Shown here: positions 9,151 to 17,475 of the stretch, piece by piece | Position numbering within the stretch: the first letter of the stretch is position 1 | How the letters are laid out: each line of letters starts with the position of its first letter | NCBI GenBank assembly: GCA_942491345.1 | Contig: CALOAN010000044.1 | Span: 32,072 to 96,071 of the forward strand | Length of the DNA: 64,000 nucleotides | Source of the DNA: an uncultured actinomycete | Lineage (GTDB): Bacteria > Actinomycetota > Acidimicrobiia > Spongiisociales > UBA5794 | Direction: 5' to 3' | Program-made: the position numbers and the translations under genes | The notes under the pieces: model-generated | What the model was told of the DNA's origin: nothing | The model's database searches: none | What the model saw: the letters and a program-made list of their open reading frames with translations, nothing else

Positions 9151-9218
9151 GCCCCCTCCCGCCCTCGCTCCGCTCGGGCACCCTCCCCCAGCTTCGGTGG
9201 TGGAGGGGAAGACGAAGG
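9151..9218 (-). repeat. Copy of the GC-rich hairpin repeat family (type B module), reverse orientation
   Basis: The reverse complement reads ccttcgtcttcCCCTCCACCACcgaagcTGGGGGAGGgtgcccgagcggagcgagggcgggagggggc. This is nearly identical to 24854-24911. It abuts the stop codon (9220-9222) of the minus-strand gene. Confidence 0.8.
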
Positions 9219-9219
9219 C

Positions 9220-9936
9220 TCAGCAGCTGAGCGCTCGGAGCGAGATATCGACGTGCAGCTTGGCATGACCTGCATACTCGTGCGCATCATCCAACGAGTC
9301 TGAGTCCAGCGTGAAGGTCGCCCAGCCGACGACCCGCATGGGATGGCTCGCGAGTGTCGGCATCGTGTTGTCGTCCGGCCGCCACTCGTCGATGGCCGTC
9401 AGCATCGCTCCCCACTCTGCGCCGGGATCAGCCCACGTTCCGCCAAGCACATCGCGCCCGACACATCGGTTCGCAGACAGCGGGATGGCAATGCCGGCGG
9501 GGGTACCGTCCATGCCGGGGAGCAGACCCACGGCCGACTGGCCGCCGACAACACCATCACCGCTGCGGTCTCCGTAGCCGGGACCGTTGGGTCCGACAAT
9601 GAGGTTCGCGGCCGCCTCTGCTGCCTCACGGGCAGCCTCGACGGTTGACGCGTCTCGCCAGGCGGCGACCGCCTCTTCGACGGCAGCCATCCGCTCGGAG
9701 AACAATGCAACATCCGCATCAACCACGGTCACCGTGGTGCCAGTTCCACCTTCAGGCGAAGGCGGTAGTTCCGCGCCATCGACCGCGCTCGTGGTCGATG
9801 CGCCACCGCATGCCGAAAGGCCGATTGCCAACGCTGCAATCCACACACGAGTGAACACCGCTCTCACAATCGTCCGCTGCCGACGCATGGGGCGATGTCG
9901 CACGCTCGTCGGGTCGATGATGGCCCTTGACGGCAA
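9220..9936 (-). CDS. Putative lipoprotein of unknown function
   Basis: Signal peptide with lipobox (ALAIGLSAC). The start may instead be the internal Met at 9888. No catalytic motif recognised. Confidence 0.6.
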   Translation of the reverse strand: MPSRAIIDPTSVRHRPMRRQRTIVRAVFTRVWIAALAIGLSACGGASTTSAVDGAELPPSPEGGTGTTVTVVDADVALFSERMAAVEEAVAAWRDASTVEAAREAAEAAANLIVGPNGPGYGDRSGDGVVGGQSAVGLLPGMDGTPAGIAIPLSANRCVGRDVLGGTWADPGAEWGAMLTAIDEWRPDDNTMPTLASHPMRVVGWATFTLDSDSLDDAHEYAGHAKLHVDISLRALSC

Positions 9937-10003
9937 GCTCGATGCAGGACAATCACCTCACTCCACCCGCCGGGGCAACCTGCGACCGACGCCAGGCTGG
10001 CCA

Positions 10004-10702
10004 TCAAACGCTGGAGAACGCGTCTGCGGACAGCTCACGACTCCCGTTCGCGATGCCGTCGACAATGACCCGGGCGACGATCGAGGGATCGAGGCCGGCC
10101 GGCATCGCCGGGGCGGTTCCTGAGATCGAACGTCCGGCGAGACCGGTTTCGGTATGCGGTGGACGGGCATCGAGGACCTGAATCCCCTGGCGCCGAAGCT
10201 CGCGTCCGAGCGCTTGTGTTGCGGCGCTGAGGCCTGCTTTCACTGCGGAATACGCGGCGAGGCCCGCCATCGGCTGGTCGGCGACCACGCCCGTGATGTT
10301 GACGACAAAACCTCCTTCGAGATGCGGCACCGCCGTGCGGATCACACGCAGCGGACCGACCAAATCGGTTGCCACGAGCTCATCGAGCGCAGCATCGTCG
10401 AGGTCCTCGAGGGGTCCGAAGGCCACCACTCCGGCGGCGTTGACGACGCCATCGAGTCCACCGAGTGTGTCGATCGTCGTATTGACCACATGGTCGGCAT
10501 GGTGAGGCTGGCGGAGATCGAACTGCACGGAGGGGACGTCCGCACCCACCTCTGCGGCTCGTTGCTGCAGACGATTTCGATCCCGACCGGCGAGCATCAC
10601 CAGCCCTCCGCGGTTTCTCAGCTCGCCGGCGATGTGGCTGCCCAGTACTCCGGAACCACCAAGCACCAAGGTTCGGCTTCCGGAGAGGTCTCGTTCCTTC
10701 AT
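10004..10702 (-). CDS. Short-chain dehydrogenase/reductase (SDR)
   Basis: Gly-rich NAD(P) motif (VLGGSGVLGSHIA), NAAG, and catalytic YSAVK. Confidence 0.85.
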   Translation of the reverse strand: MKERDLSGSRTLVLGGSGVLGSHIAGELRNRGGLVMLAGRDRNRLQQRAAEVGADVPSVQFDLRQPHHADHVVNTTIDTLGGLDGVVNAAGVVAFGPLEDLDDAALDELVATDLVGPLRVIRTAVPHLEGGFVVNITGVVADQPMAGLAAYSAVKAGLSAATQALGRELRRQGIQVLDARPPHTETGLAGRSISGTAPAMPAGLDPSIVARVIVDGIANGSRELSADAFSSV

Positions 10703-10781
10703 GCGCCTTTGATAGCCCTGAGCGTCTTCCTACCGGACCACTTCCTCGGTGTACTTTGCCGGGAATCAGAGATCCGCCGCC

Positions 10782-11693
10782 ATGGTTCACTCACGTGTGA
10801 CCGAACGAATCGCCTTTGTGCTTGGTGCCGGCGGAGCCTATGGCTGGGTATTCCACGCCGGCGTTCTCCACGGGGTCGAACGCGCCCTGAAGGCCCCGCC
10901 GAATGATGCGGACCTGATCATCGGGACGTCGGCCGGTTCCGCGATCGGTGCCGCGATACGAGCCGGAATCGGAACGCGCGACCTCGCCGAGGTGGTCTCA
11001 CGCCCGCCGAGCGAAGAAGACCGGAAGCGGATGAGGAACGAGCTCCGTGACGCCCGCAAGACATTGATCCCGTTTGCACCGCGCCTCGTGCAGCATGCCC
11101 TCAGCCAAGACCGAACCGGCATGCTGGGTGTTGCCGGCCTTCTTCCACCGGGTATCTTCCCAACCGCGTGGCTCGCTCGCTTCCCCGGCATGGAGCACCA
11201 TGCCCAGTGGCCTGAGGGGCTGTGGATACCAGCGGTCTCGGCCACTACCGGCGACGTCGTTGTGTTCGGCCGCGACCGACGCGATATTGATGTGCATCGT
11301 GCGGCACAGGCCTCGTCAGCGGTCCCCGGCATGTTCCAGCCACACGTAATCGATGGGACGGCCTACTTCGATGGAGGCGTGGTGTCCCCAACACACGCCG
11401 ATCTTGCTGCCGAGATCGATCCCGATCTCGTGATCATCTCTTCCCCGATGACCCGCCCTGGACGGCGGCTCACCTCCGGTCATGCACGAAAGCGCCTAGC
11501 CGAGGAAGTCGCCGCTCTCGAGACGGGAAACGCTCGCGTCGTCACCATCGAGCCGGATGCCGAGACCGGTCGGCTCGCCGATGGCTTCCCACGGTCGAGC
11601 GGTTCGAATGCGTCACGCATCTTCGAATCGGCGGCGTCCCTCGCCGAGCAATCGGTTGGTGCATCTCGAGAACCTCAACCCGTCGGCTCCTAG
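10782..11693 (+). CDS. Patatin-like phospholipase
   Basis: Oxyanion loop (GAGGAYGWVFHAGVL), nucleophile elbow (GTSAGS), and catalytic DGG (YFDGGV). Confidence 0.8.
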   Translation: MVHSRVTERIAFVLGAGGAYGWVFHAGVLHGVERALKAPPNDADLIIGTSAGSAIGAAIRAGIGTRDLAEVVSRPPSEEDRKRMRNELRDARKTLIPFAPRLVQHALSQDRTGMLGVAGLLPPGIFPTAWLARFPGMEHHAQWPEGLWIPAVSATTGDVVVFGRDRRDIDVHRAAQASSAVPGMFQPHVIDGTAYFDGGVVSPTHADLAAEIDPDLVIISSPMTRPGRRLTSGHARKRLAEEVAALETGNARVVTIEPDAETGRLADGFPRSSGSNASRIFESAASLAEQSVGASREPQPVGS

Positions 11694-11832
11694 TCCGCTG
11701 CGCCGGCAACGGCGAGTTGGATCCGGCATGAGGTGCCCAGACATTGCCGGACCACTATTTGGGCGGCATCGGCTATTCCGTTGGTGCGATCACAAGACAA
11801 CCGGTCTTCTGTCCCGGCCGGTCGAGCGGGAA

Positions 11833-12690
11833 CTACGCCGGTGTCAGCCGACCGAACCCTCCATGTCGGGGACGGTCGCCGACGAGGGCCCCGAACACAC
11901 CCCCGGCGACAAATCCGACGAACACACCGGCAAACGCAACCTGCGTGAAGATTGCGTAACCGGTGTTCTCGCCGACATCGATCACTCCGGACGCTGCGAG
12001 AACATGGAGGATCGCGGCGGGGAGGAAGCCGACGGCGCCACCGATGAGGAAGATCGCGAGCCGCTTCGGTGCCGGCGACCAGGCCATGCTCAGTCCCGCG
12101 ATGACTGCGATGATCCCGACGGTGACAATCAGGTTCGGAATCGCGACGTCCTGTGCGGGCACCGTGTTGGCATCGACCCACGTTTCGGCCTCGTCGCGCG
12201 ATCCCTCGAACACCACGACCATGAGCCGGTCCCGCTCCCAGGTGGCTACCGCCTCAGGAGTCCCGCGGAAGACTTCGACCTGCAGACCGTGCAATTCGTC
12301 CATGCGATACGCCACGGCGATGGATTCGTCGACCCGCTCGATCATGAACTGGAAGTCGGCGTCTCCGGATCCATACTCCTCTTCGACACTGGCGGGACTA
12401 CCGCGAAACACCTCTTGGTTCAGCCCGAGGGTGTCATCCACGAGATAGACCGCCGACGTGGAGGCATCGATGGGCACGATTTCGTACCGAGTCGCCGCCG
12501 CACCCACTGCGTCGGCGTAGCCGTAGATGAGCACAGTGCCGTTGGCTTGCTCCTGCCAGCCCTCCACGCGCTCTTCGTAGGGGACTTCCACGTCCATGGC
12601 GTAGCCGCGGTCGACGAAGCCAATCACGATGAGAACGGCACCCACGCCAATACCTACGGTGAGAACGGTGCGAGAGATCGAGGAACTCAT
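11833..12690 (-). CDS. Membrane protein of unknown function: N-terminal TM, about 170-aa extracytoplasmic domain, C-terminal TM bundle
   Basis: Hydrophobic segments lie at both ends and codon bias is coherent. It is the last gene of a three-gene minus-strand operon. Confidence 0.62.
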   Translation of the reverse strand: MSSSISRTVLTVGIGVGAVLIVIGFVDRGYAMDVEVPYEERVEGWQEQANGTVLIYGYADAVGAAATRYEIVPIDASTSAVYLVDDTLGLNQEVFRGSPASVEEEYGSGDADFQFMIERVDESIAVAYRMDELHGLQVEVFRGTPEAVATWERDRLMVVVFEGSRDEAETWVDANTVPAQDVAIPNLIVTVGIIAVIAGLSMAWSPAPKRLAIFLIGGAVGFLPAAILHVLAASGVIDVGENTGYAIFTQVAFAGVFVGFVAGGVFGALVGDRPRHGGFGRLTPA

Positions 12691-12828
12691 GAATCACTCC
12701 TCTTGCCCCATTGTCGTCCACCACGCTCGATCGCGGAAGGGCCAAACCTGGATCGATCTCGGTACGCAGGCACCGCTCGCAATCTCCGGCAGCGGCTCCC
12801 CGTCGGAACATCATCAGCGGGGTGCAAC

Positions 12829-14532
12829 TCACTCCAGAGGTATCACCTCAAAGCCACGCCCCTCAGCCCGATCCACGATCACGACGTGCTGGTGGCCTTC
12901 GGTGCCCAGGGCGGCGAGGACATCGCCGATCGAATCCACATCAATCGGCGGAGCAGCAGCGTGGAATCTACGAACACGGATGTCCGCGGCCTCGAGAGCG
13001 CTCACCATCTCCTGACCGGCGGCGGTGACGAGGATCACCTCACGAACCGTCGGCCTGACCACCTTTGGCGTCTCGGACCGGTCGTGACGCACGACGGTGA
13101 AGTGGTACCACGCCACGGCGCCGGCGGTTGCGAGCAGTGAGATTGGGACCGCCACAGCGTCGAGCACTTCTGCCACGCCGGTGCCGTCGAGGATCGCTTG
13201 GACGATGAGGTAGACGAGCACAATCAGATTCACGAGAGCGACCAGCCCGCTCACGCCGAGCACGATGAAGAGGTAGGTTCGGCGGGTCGTTGATTGCGCC
13301 TCGTCGACTCCCTGGCGCACGCGCTCGCGCTGCGCCCGCGACCAGTAAATCCCCCACAGCGGCCCTCCGACAGCGAGGAGTGTCAGAGCAACGGCGATCA
13401 CGCTGCGATCGGATCCGGTTATCTCCGTGCCGGCGATAGCCCATAGGGCATAGGTCAGGAGCGTCGCCAGTCCGCCTGCGGCGACCACGAGGCCGGCACC
13501 GGAAAGGAGATAGTCGTAGACCCGATCGACTTCGGTCCGATCACGCTCAGTGCCGCCATCGAGGACATGACGGTGATACGCCCACGCGGCCACGCCGGCA
13601 GCCACGACGCCGAGCGCAGCCGGGACGACCTCGAAGTGCTCCGTCGCCGTGCCGGATGGGTCGGCGAGCAGCCACTCCAGTACGCGAAATACAGCGGTTC
13701 CGACCCCGGCCACGACCAAGAGAACGCCACTCAGCACACCCGCCAGCAGGACGTAGGCATTCCACAGTCCCGAGCGCTCATCGTGCACCGTGGTGCGCAG
13801 CCAGTACCACCCCCACACCACCGCGCCCACCGCGCACGCGGCGAGGGGACGTACGATCTGCTCGGCCGTCGGACCGATAGGCGCGATGTCGACAACCGTG
13901 TCGTACAACTCGACGAGGACGTTGGCGGCAGCGACGGTGCCGGCCGAAAGCAGCACTACAAGGCCTACAAACGACCCCATCAGGTGCTCAATGCGCAGGT
14001 TGGGCTCGTAGCCCTCGCGCTCGGCAACCCACCAATGCACAGCCCACACGGTTCCCCAGATCACCACGTTCACAAGAGCCGTGCGGTCGAGCCCATCGCC
14101 GACCAGCAGATCACCGACAAGCGTGATGAGCAAGGTGACCGTCGTTACCAGAGAGCCGAATAGAACCAGGGTGAGGTAGAGAGCCCATCCGGGAGAACGC
14201 ACTTCCGCCGGATCGTCGCGCAGACGTCGCCGGGTGAACATCGCGAGCACGATGAAGGCGGGCGCCGCAACAACCACAAACGCGATCGACAGAGCGACCG
14301 CTGCGGTGTCCGTGGTGATCTGCTGGGCTGAAGTTGCTGCCGCGTCAACCAGTCCCGCCAGCCCGACACACGAGAGCACCAGCGTCAACAGCATCATGAG
14401 ATACCGGAACATGCGGCGGGCGGCAATACCTTCGCCGTCAGCTGTCGTACGGTCACGGCCGTCGATCGCCCGCACGATGAGCACGACGATTCCCAGCAGG
14501 ACCAACAAAGGCAGCAGTGCAAAGAACGCCAT
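12829..14532 (-). CDS. Polytopic membrane protein (about 14 TM) with a small soluble C-terminal domain, unknown function
   Basis: Repeated hydrophobic helices. The C-terminus is about 75 aa and soluble (VILVTAAGQEMVSALEAADIRV...VVIVDRAEGRGFEVIPLE). ATG 14532 overlaps the upstream stop (TGATG). An alternative ATG lies at 14559. Confidence 0.68.
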   Translation of the reverse strand: MAFFALLPLLVLLGIVVLIVRAIDGRDRTTADGEGIAARRMFRYLMMLLTLVLSCVGLAGLVDAAATSAQQITTDTAAVALSIAFVVVAAPAFIVLAMFTRRRLRDDPAEVRSPGWALYLTLVLFGSLVTTVTLLITLVGDLLVGDGLDRTALVNVVIWGTVWAVHWWVAEREGYEPNLRIEHLMGSFVGLVVLLSAGTVAAANVLVELYDTVVDIAPIGPTAEQIVRPLAACAVGAVVWGWYWLRTTVHDERSGLWNAYVLLAGVLSGVLLVVAGVGTAVFRVLEWLLADPSGTATEHFEVVPAALGVVAAGVAAWAYHRHVLDGGTERDRTEVDRVYDYLLSGAGLVVAAGGLATLLTYALWAIAGTEITGSDRSVIAVALTLLAVGGPLWGIYWSRAQRERVRQGVDEAQSTTRRTYLFIVLGVSGLVALVNLIVLVYLIVQAILDGTGVAEVLDAVAVPISLLATAGAVAWYHFTVVRHDRSETPKVVRPTVREVILVTAAGQEMVSALEAADIRVRRFHAAAPPIDVDSIGDVLAALGTEGHQHVVIVDRAEGRGFEVIPLE

Positions 14533-14981
14533 CACGCCTCCCAGCAGTAGATTGGCCACGGAACCTCAGCGATCAGCCAGACGTCACCGGCCCGCTCGAG
14601 GATCAGCGTATCTCGGAATGAGTACGGCTCCCCCAGGAACACGCTGGAAGCGGATCGCTCAGTGATTTCCACCGTCACCGCGATGCGGCCGGCGTCAGGT
14701 TCGGTATCGAGGATCACAACACGGAGGCTGTCCGCGCCGTCCCGAATCTGGCTCAGGCCCGCATCGCAGCGCTCGACGAGATCCGGCATCAGAAAGCGCT
14801 CCGCGTCGACCCGGCTTCGATCGACGACCGCTTGGAAGTACCCCTGGACTGCCGCCTCGGGTGTTCCTGCGTCGAACTGGTCCGGACCCTGAAGCGCGAG
14901 CACGAGCGCCACCACAACGATCACCCCGATTGCTGCGACGATGATCCCGAGGACGACGCCACTACGCGTGATCCCTTTCAT
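14532..14981 (-). CDS. Single-pass membrane-anchored protein with a small (NTF2-like?) ectodomain
   Basis: MKGITRSGVVLGIIVAAIGVIVVVALVLAL is the TM anchor. The ectodomain begins PEAAVQGYFQAVVDR. The track ORF extends to 15149 but that Arg-rich extension looks non-coding. Confidence 0.58.
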   Translation of the reverse strand: MKGITRSGVVLGIIVAAIGVIVVVALVLALQGPDQFDAGTPEAAVQGYFQAVVDRSRVDAERFLMPDLVERCDAGLSQIRDGADSLRVVILDTEPDAGRIAVTVEITERSASSVFLGEPYSFRDTLILERAGDVWLIAEVPWPIYCWEA

Positions 14982-15387
14982 ACCACCAGTGTTGTCCTCG
15001 TCCAGAGGGTCGTCTAGGGCCGGCAGCCACTCCCCGCGAAGCCGAGCCCGGGAACGCAAGCTTGGGCGGAACCAGCAGCTCGTCGGCGCGGAGGCAAACC
15101 GCCGCGCACAACCAGCCCTGAACGGCATCACTCGGCTGCCGGCACGCACGAAGACAAATAGTCACTCGCGTAGTCACATCTGGCGCGTACGGTGAAGCAG
15201 GCTTGGCGACGGAGACGACGAAGGCAGCCTCATCCGAGGGAAAGGGAGGCTGCAAGTAGACCGTTGAAACCGATCACAACGCGCCTCACCCACCGCGCCC
15301 TTCGCTCCCTACCACACGACCGGGTATCCACCTCGGTCACCTGCTGAGCGAAGCACCGCTGGATGAGGAGCCGGGGAGGACACCACC

Positions 15388-16044
15388 ATGCCGACACCAG
15401 GACAAGAACTTGCCAGCATCGACTTTGAATCGATGATCGGCGGGCCGCTGATTGCGGTCATCCACGCCCAGGCCCAGGCCGCTATGTCGACCGTCAACTT
15501 CATCAAGGAGGTCGGCTTCAAGGCCCCGACCACCGAGCAGGAAGCAGGCGGAGATACCGAGACCAACGACCCGATCTACGTCACCTTCACCTATCCAAAG
15601 GAGCTCAGCCCATTCGTACCAGCCGTTGCAGCCGACCCGAGCGCGACCCCGCCCGTCGTGGCGTCGCCGGCCGTTCCAGCGGTCTTCGAGGATCAGAACC
15701 TGAAGGTACCGATCCTCACGATGCTGCCGATCCCATTCATCCGCATCGACGAAACCACAGTCGACTTCAACGCGAAGATCAACTCGGTCGAGTATCGCAA
15801 GACGGTGACCAACCTCAAGATCAACGCATCGACTGAGGCGAAGGCCGGCTGGTTCTTCGGTTCCGCGAAGCTCAAGGTGTCGACGGCATATCAGCGCACT
15901 TCAACGCAGGGCAACTCCGTGAACCGCACGTATTCGCTTGCGGTCCACGTGAAGGCAGTCCAGGACGAGATGCCCGCCGGGATGGAGAAGATCCTCGGAA
16001 TCCTCGAGGATGCCATCACGTCGACACCAGCTGAGGCCGCCTAA
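15388..16044 (+). CDS. Gene A of the unknown four-gene cluster: DUF2589-like protein (218 aa)
   Basis: GGGGAGGA site before the ATG. N-terminal helix is IGGPLIAVIHAQAQAAMSTVNFIKEVGF. A Pro-flanked beta segment reads LKVPILTMLPIPFIRIDETTVDFNAKI. C-terminus is YSLAVHVKAVQDEMPAGMEKILGILEDAI. The family name is from memory. Confidence 0.75.
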   Translation: MPTPGQELASIDFESMIGGPLIAVIHAQAQAAMSTVNFIKEVGFKAPTTEQEAGGDTETNDPIYVTFTYPKELSPFVPAVAADPSATPPVVASPAVPAVFEDQNLKVPILTMLPIPFIRIDETTVDFNAKINSVEYRKTVTNLKINASTEAKAGWFFGSAKLKVSTAYQRTSTQGNSVNRTYSLAVHVKAVQDEMPAGMEKILGILEDAITSTPAEAA

Positions 16045-16075
16045 GAACGCGAGCCGCACGGCGTTGGGAGGGACC

Positions 16076-16756
16076 ATGACAAATCTGGGTGACTACTTGG
16101 GACAGTTGATGTCTGAGGTCGTGATTGCACGCGTGCACGCCGACCTCGAGTCGGTCCGGGTGGCTGAGCTCTACGCCAGCCACCCACTCCTGCGTCATAT
16201 GCCCATACCGCGGGTTCGGCTGCCGGAGATCCAGATGGAGGTACCCGTCGTAATCGACGGATCTGGATCTCCGGGACCGACCGAATCTCCTCGAGGTGGA
16301 GCCAGCATCTCAGACGGTCGCAAGCAGTTCGACAAAGTGCTGGCGACCCACCTGCGCAACAGCAAGGTCAGGTTGCGAGCGAACCAGCGAGAAGCTCTAG
16401 TCAAGGCCCTAGACGCCGAAGCTCAACGACCCGACCTCCCGATCGAAATCTCCGTCGACACGAACCGGTTCGCAGACCGGTTCACGAACGTAGCCATCGA
16501 CGTACTCGGCGAGTCGCTGACCGAAGAGAAGATCAACAGCGTCAAGGCCGGCCTCAGGGACGACGCCCGGCTCGCCTTGCTGGCCGCCCGCACGGCGCCA
16601 CCGCGAGTGACGGCACTGGTGGAGACCAGTGCCGTGCGTGAGGCAGGACCCGAGGACAAGATCACGAGGCTCCGGCTGACGATTCGCGAAGAGTCGATGG
16701 AACTCACGACAATCGAATCCGACGGTGAGACGACCGAACGCCTCGTACCGGAGTAG
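16076..16756 (+). CDS. Gene B: second, divergent DUF2589-like protein (226 aa)
   Basis: GGGAGGGA site before ATG 16076. N-terminal helix is LGQLMSEVVIARVHADLESVRVAELY. It is followed by MPIPRVRLPEIQMEVPVVI, the same layout as gene A. Confidence 0.7.
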   Translation: MTNLGDYLGQLMSEVVIARVHADLESVRVAELYASHPLLRHMPIPRVRLPEIQMEVPVVIDGSGSPGPTESPRGGASISDGRKQFDKVLATHLRNSKVRLRANQREALVKALDAEAQRPDLPIEISVDTNRFADRFTNVAIDVLGESLTEEKINSVKAGLRDDARLALLAARTAPPRVTALVETSAVREAGPEDKITRLRLTIREESMELTTIESDGETTERLVPE

Positions 16757-16762
16757 GACGAC

Positions 16763-17344
16763 ATGCTTCGCATCGTCAACCTCGAGGAGTTCCATCGGCT
16801 CCTGCTCCGCGTGCCGGCGCTTGTCGACGAGCTCGAAGAACGCACGGCCGACGCACCCGGAGCGGTGCGCAGCTGGCTCATCGAAGTCGAGGGTGCCCTC
16901 GAGAACAACCGGATGCCGCTAGCGGGGAACATAGCCGGCCTTCGCGCGCGCCTCGACTCCGCCTCAAGGGGCGCGGTACCCGGCGGCGTCGTTCTCACCG
17001 GCTCGGTCACAAAGCGAAAGGTCCGCTACGCCGTCGCTGCCGAGGTGCTGAAGAATGCCGCTGACACCATCGCTGCGGAGCTCGAGGCTGACGGAGCGCG
17101 TATCGATGAAGCCGACCTCCTCGCCCGCCAGCTTGTCGTCGCTGCGCAGGTGAAGGGCCTGGTGAACGGGCCGCCGTCTCGGGCGGACCATGCCGATACG
17201 ATTCAGGCGCTCTGGACGGCGGTTCTCTCCGAACCCGAGATCGGGCCGGGAGCCGTTCACCTGCTCAGTTTGGTGGGGCCCAACGATGCTGTCATCGTTC
17301 TCGACCGTGCCGTCACCCGGGACGTTTGGTCGGGTCGTTCGTGA
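16763..17344 (+). CDS. Gene C: all-helical 193-aa protein, no recognisable motif
   Basis: ATG lies 6 nt after the gene B stop. The sequence is Leu/Ala/Glu/Arg-rich with helical periodicity and has coherent GC3. Confidence 0.62.
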   Translation: MLRIVNLEEFHRLLLRVPALVDELEERTADAPGAVRSWLIEVEGALENNRMPLAGNIAGLRARLDSASRGAVPGGVVLTGSVTKRKVRYAVAAEVLKNAADTIAAELEADGARIDEADLLARQLVVAAQVKGLVNGPPSRADHADTIQALWTAVLSEPEIGPGAVHLLSLVGPNDAVIVLDRAVTRDVWSGRS

Positions 17345-17475
17345 TCGCCGTGGCGGCCGGCGCGTACTCATTCGGACACCCGTCAGTGAAACACGATCCG
17401 TGCCCGGCGTCGTTCAGTAGTTTTGGAGATGCACTGAATCGCCGCATGCGGAGGATCGAATAGGGAGGGCGAGTC

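Noticed and set aside
11557-13140. 527-aa plus-strand ORF spanning the end of the patatin gene and two membrane-protein genes
   Set aside because: The composition is Arg/His/Gly/Asp-rich with no domain motifs. It is antisense to ORFs that translate into coherent TM helices with good GC3. This is a typical shadow ORF in high-GC DNA.
14982-15149. N-terminal 56-aa extension of ORF 14532-15149
   Set aside because: The extension is Arg/Ser/Cys-rich and unlike a protein N-terminus. The sequence from Met57 (MKGITRSG...) starts with a classical basic stretch followed by a TM helix, so 14981 was chosen as the start. This remains uncertain.
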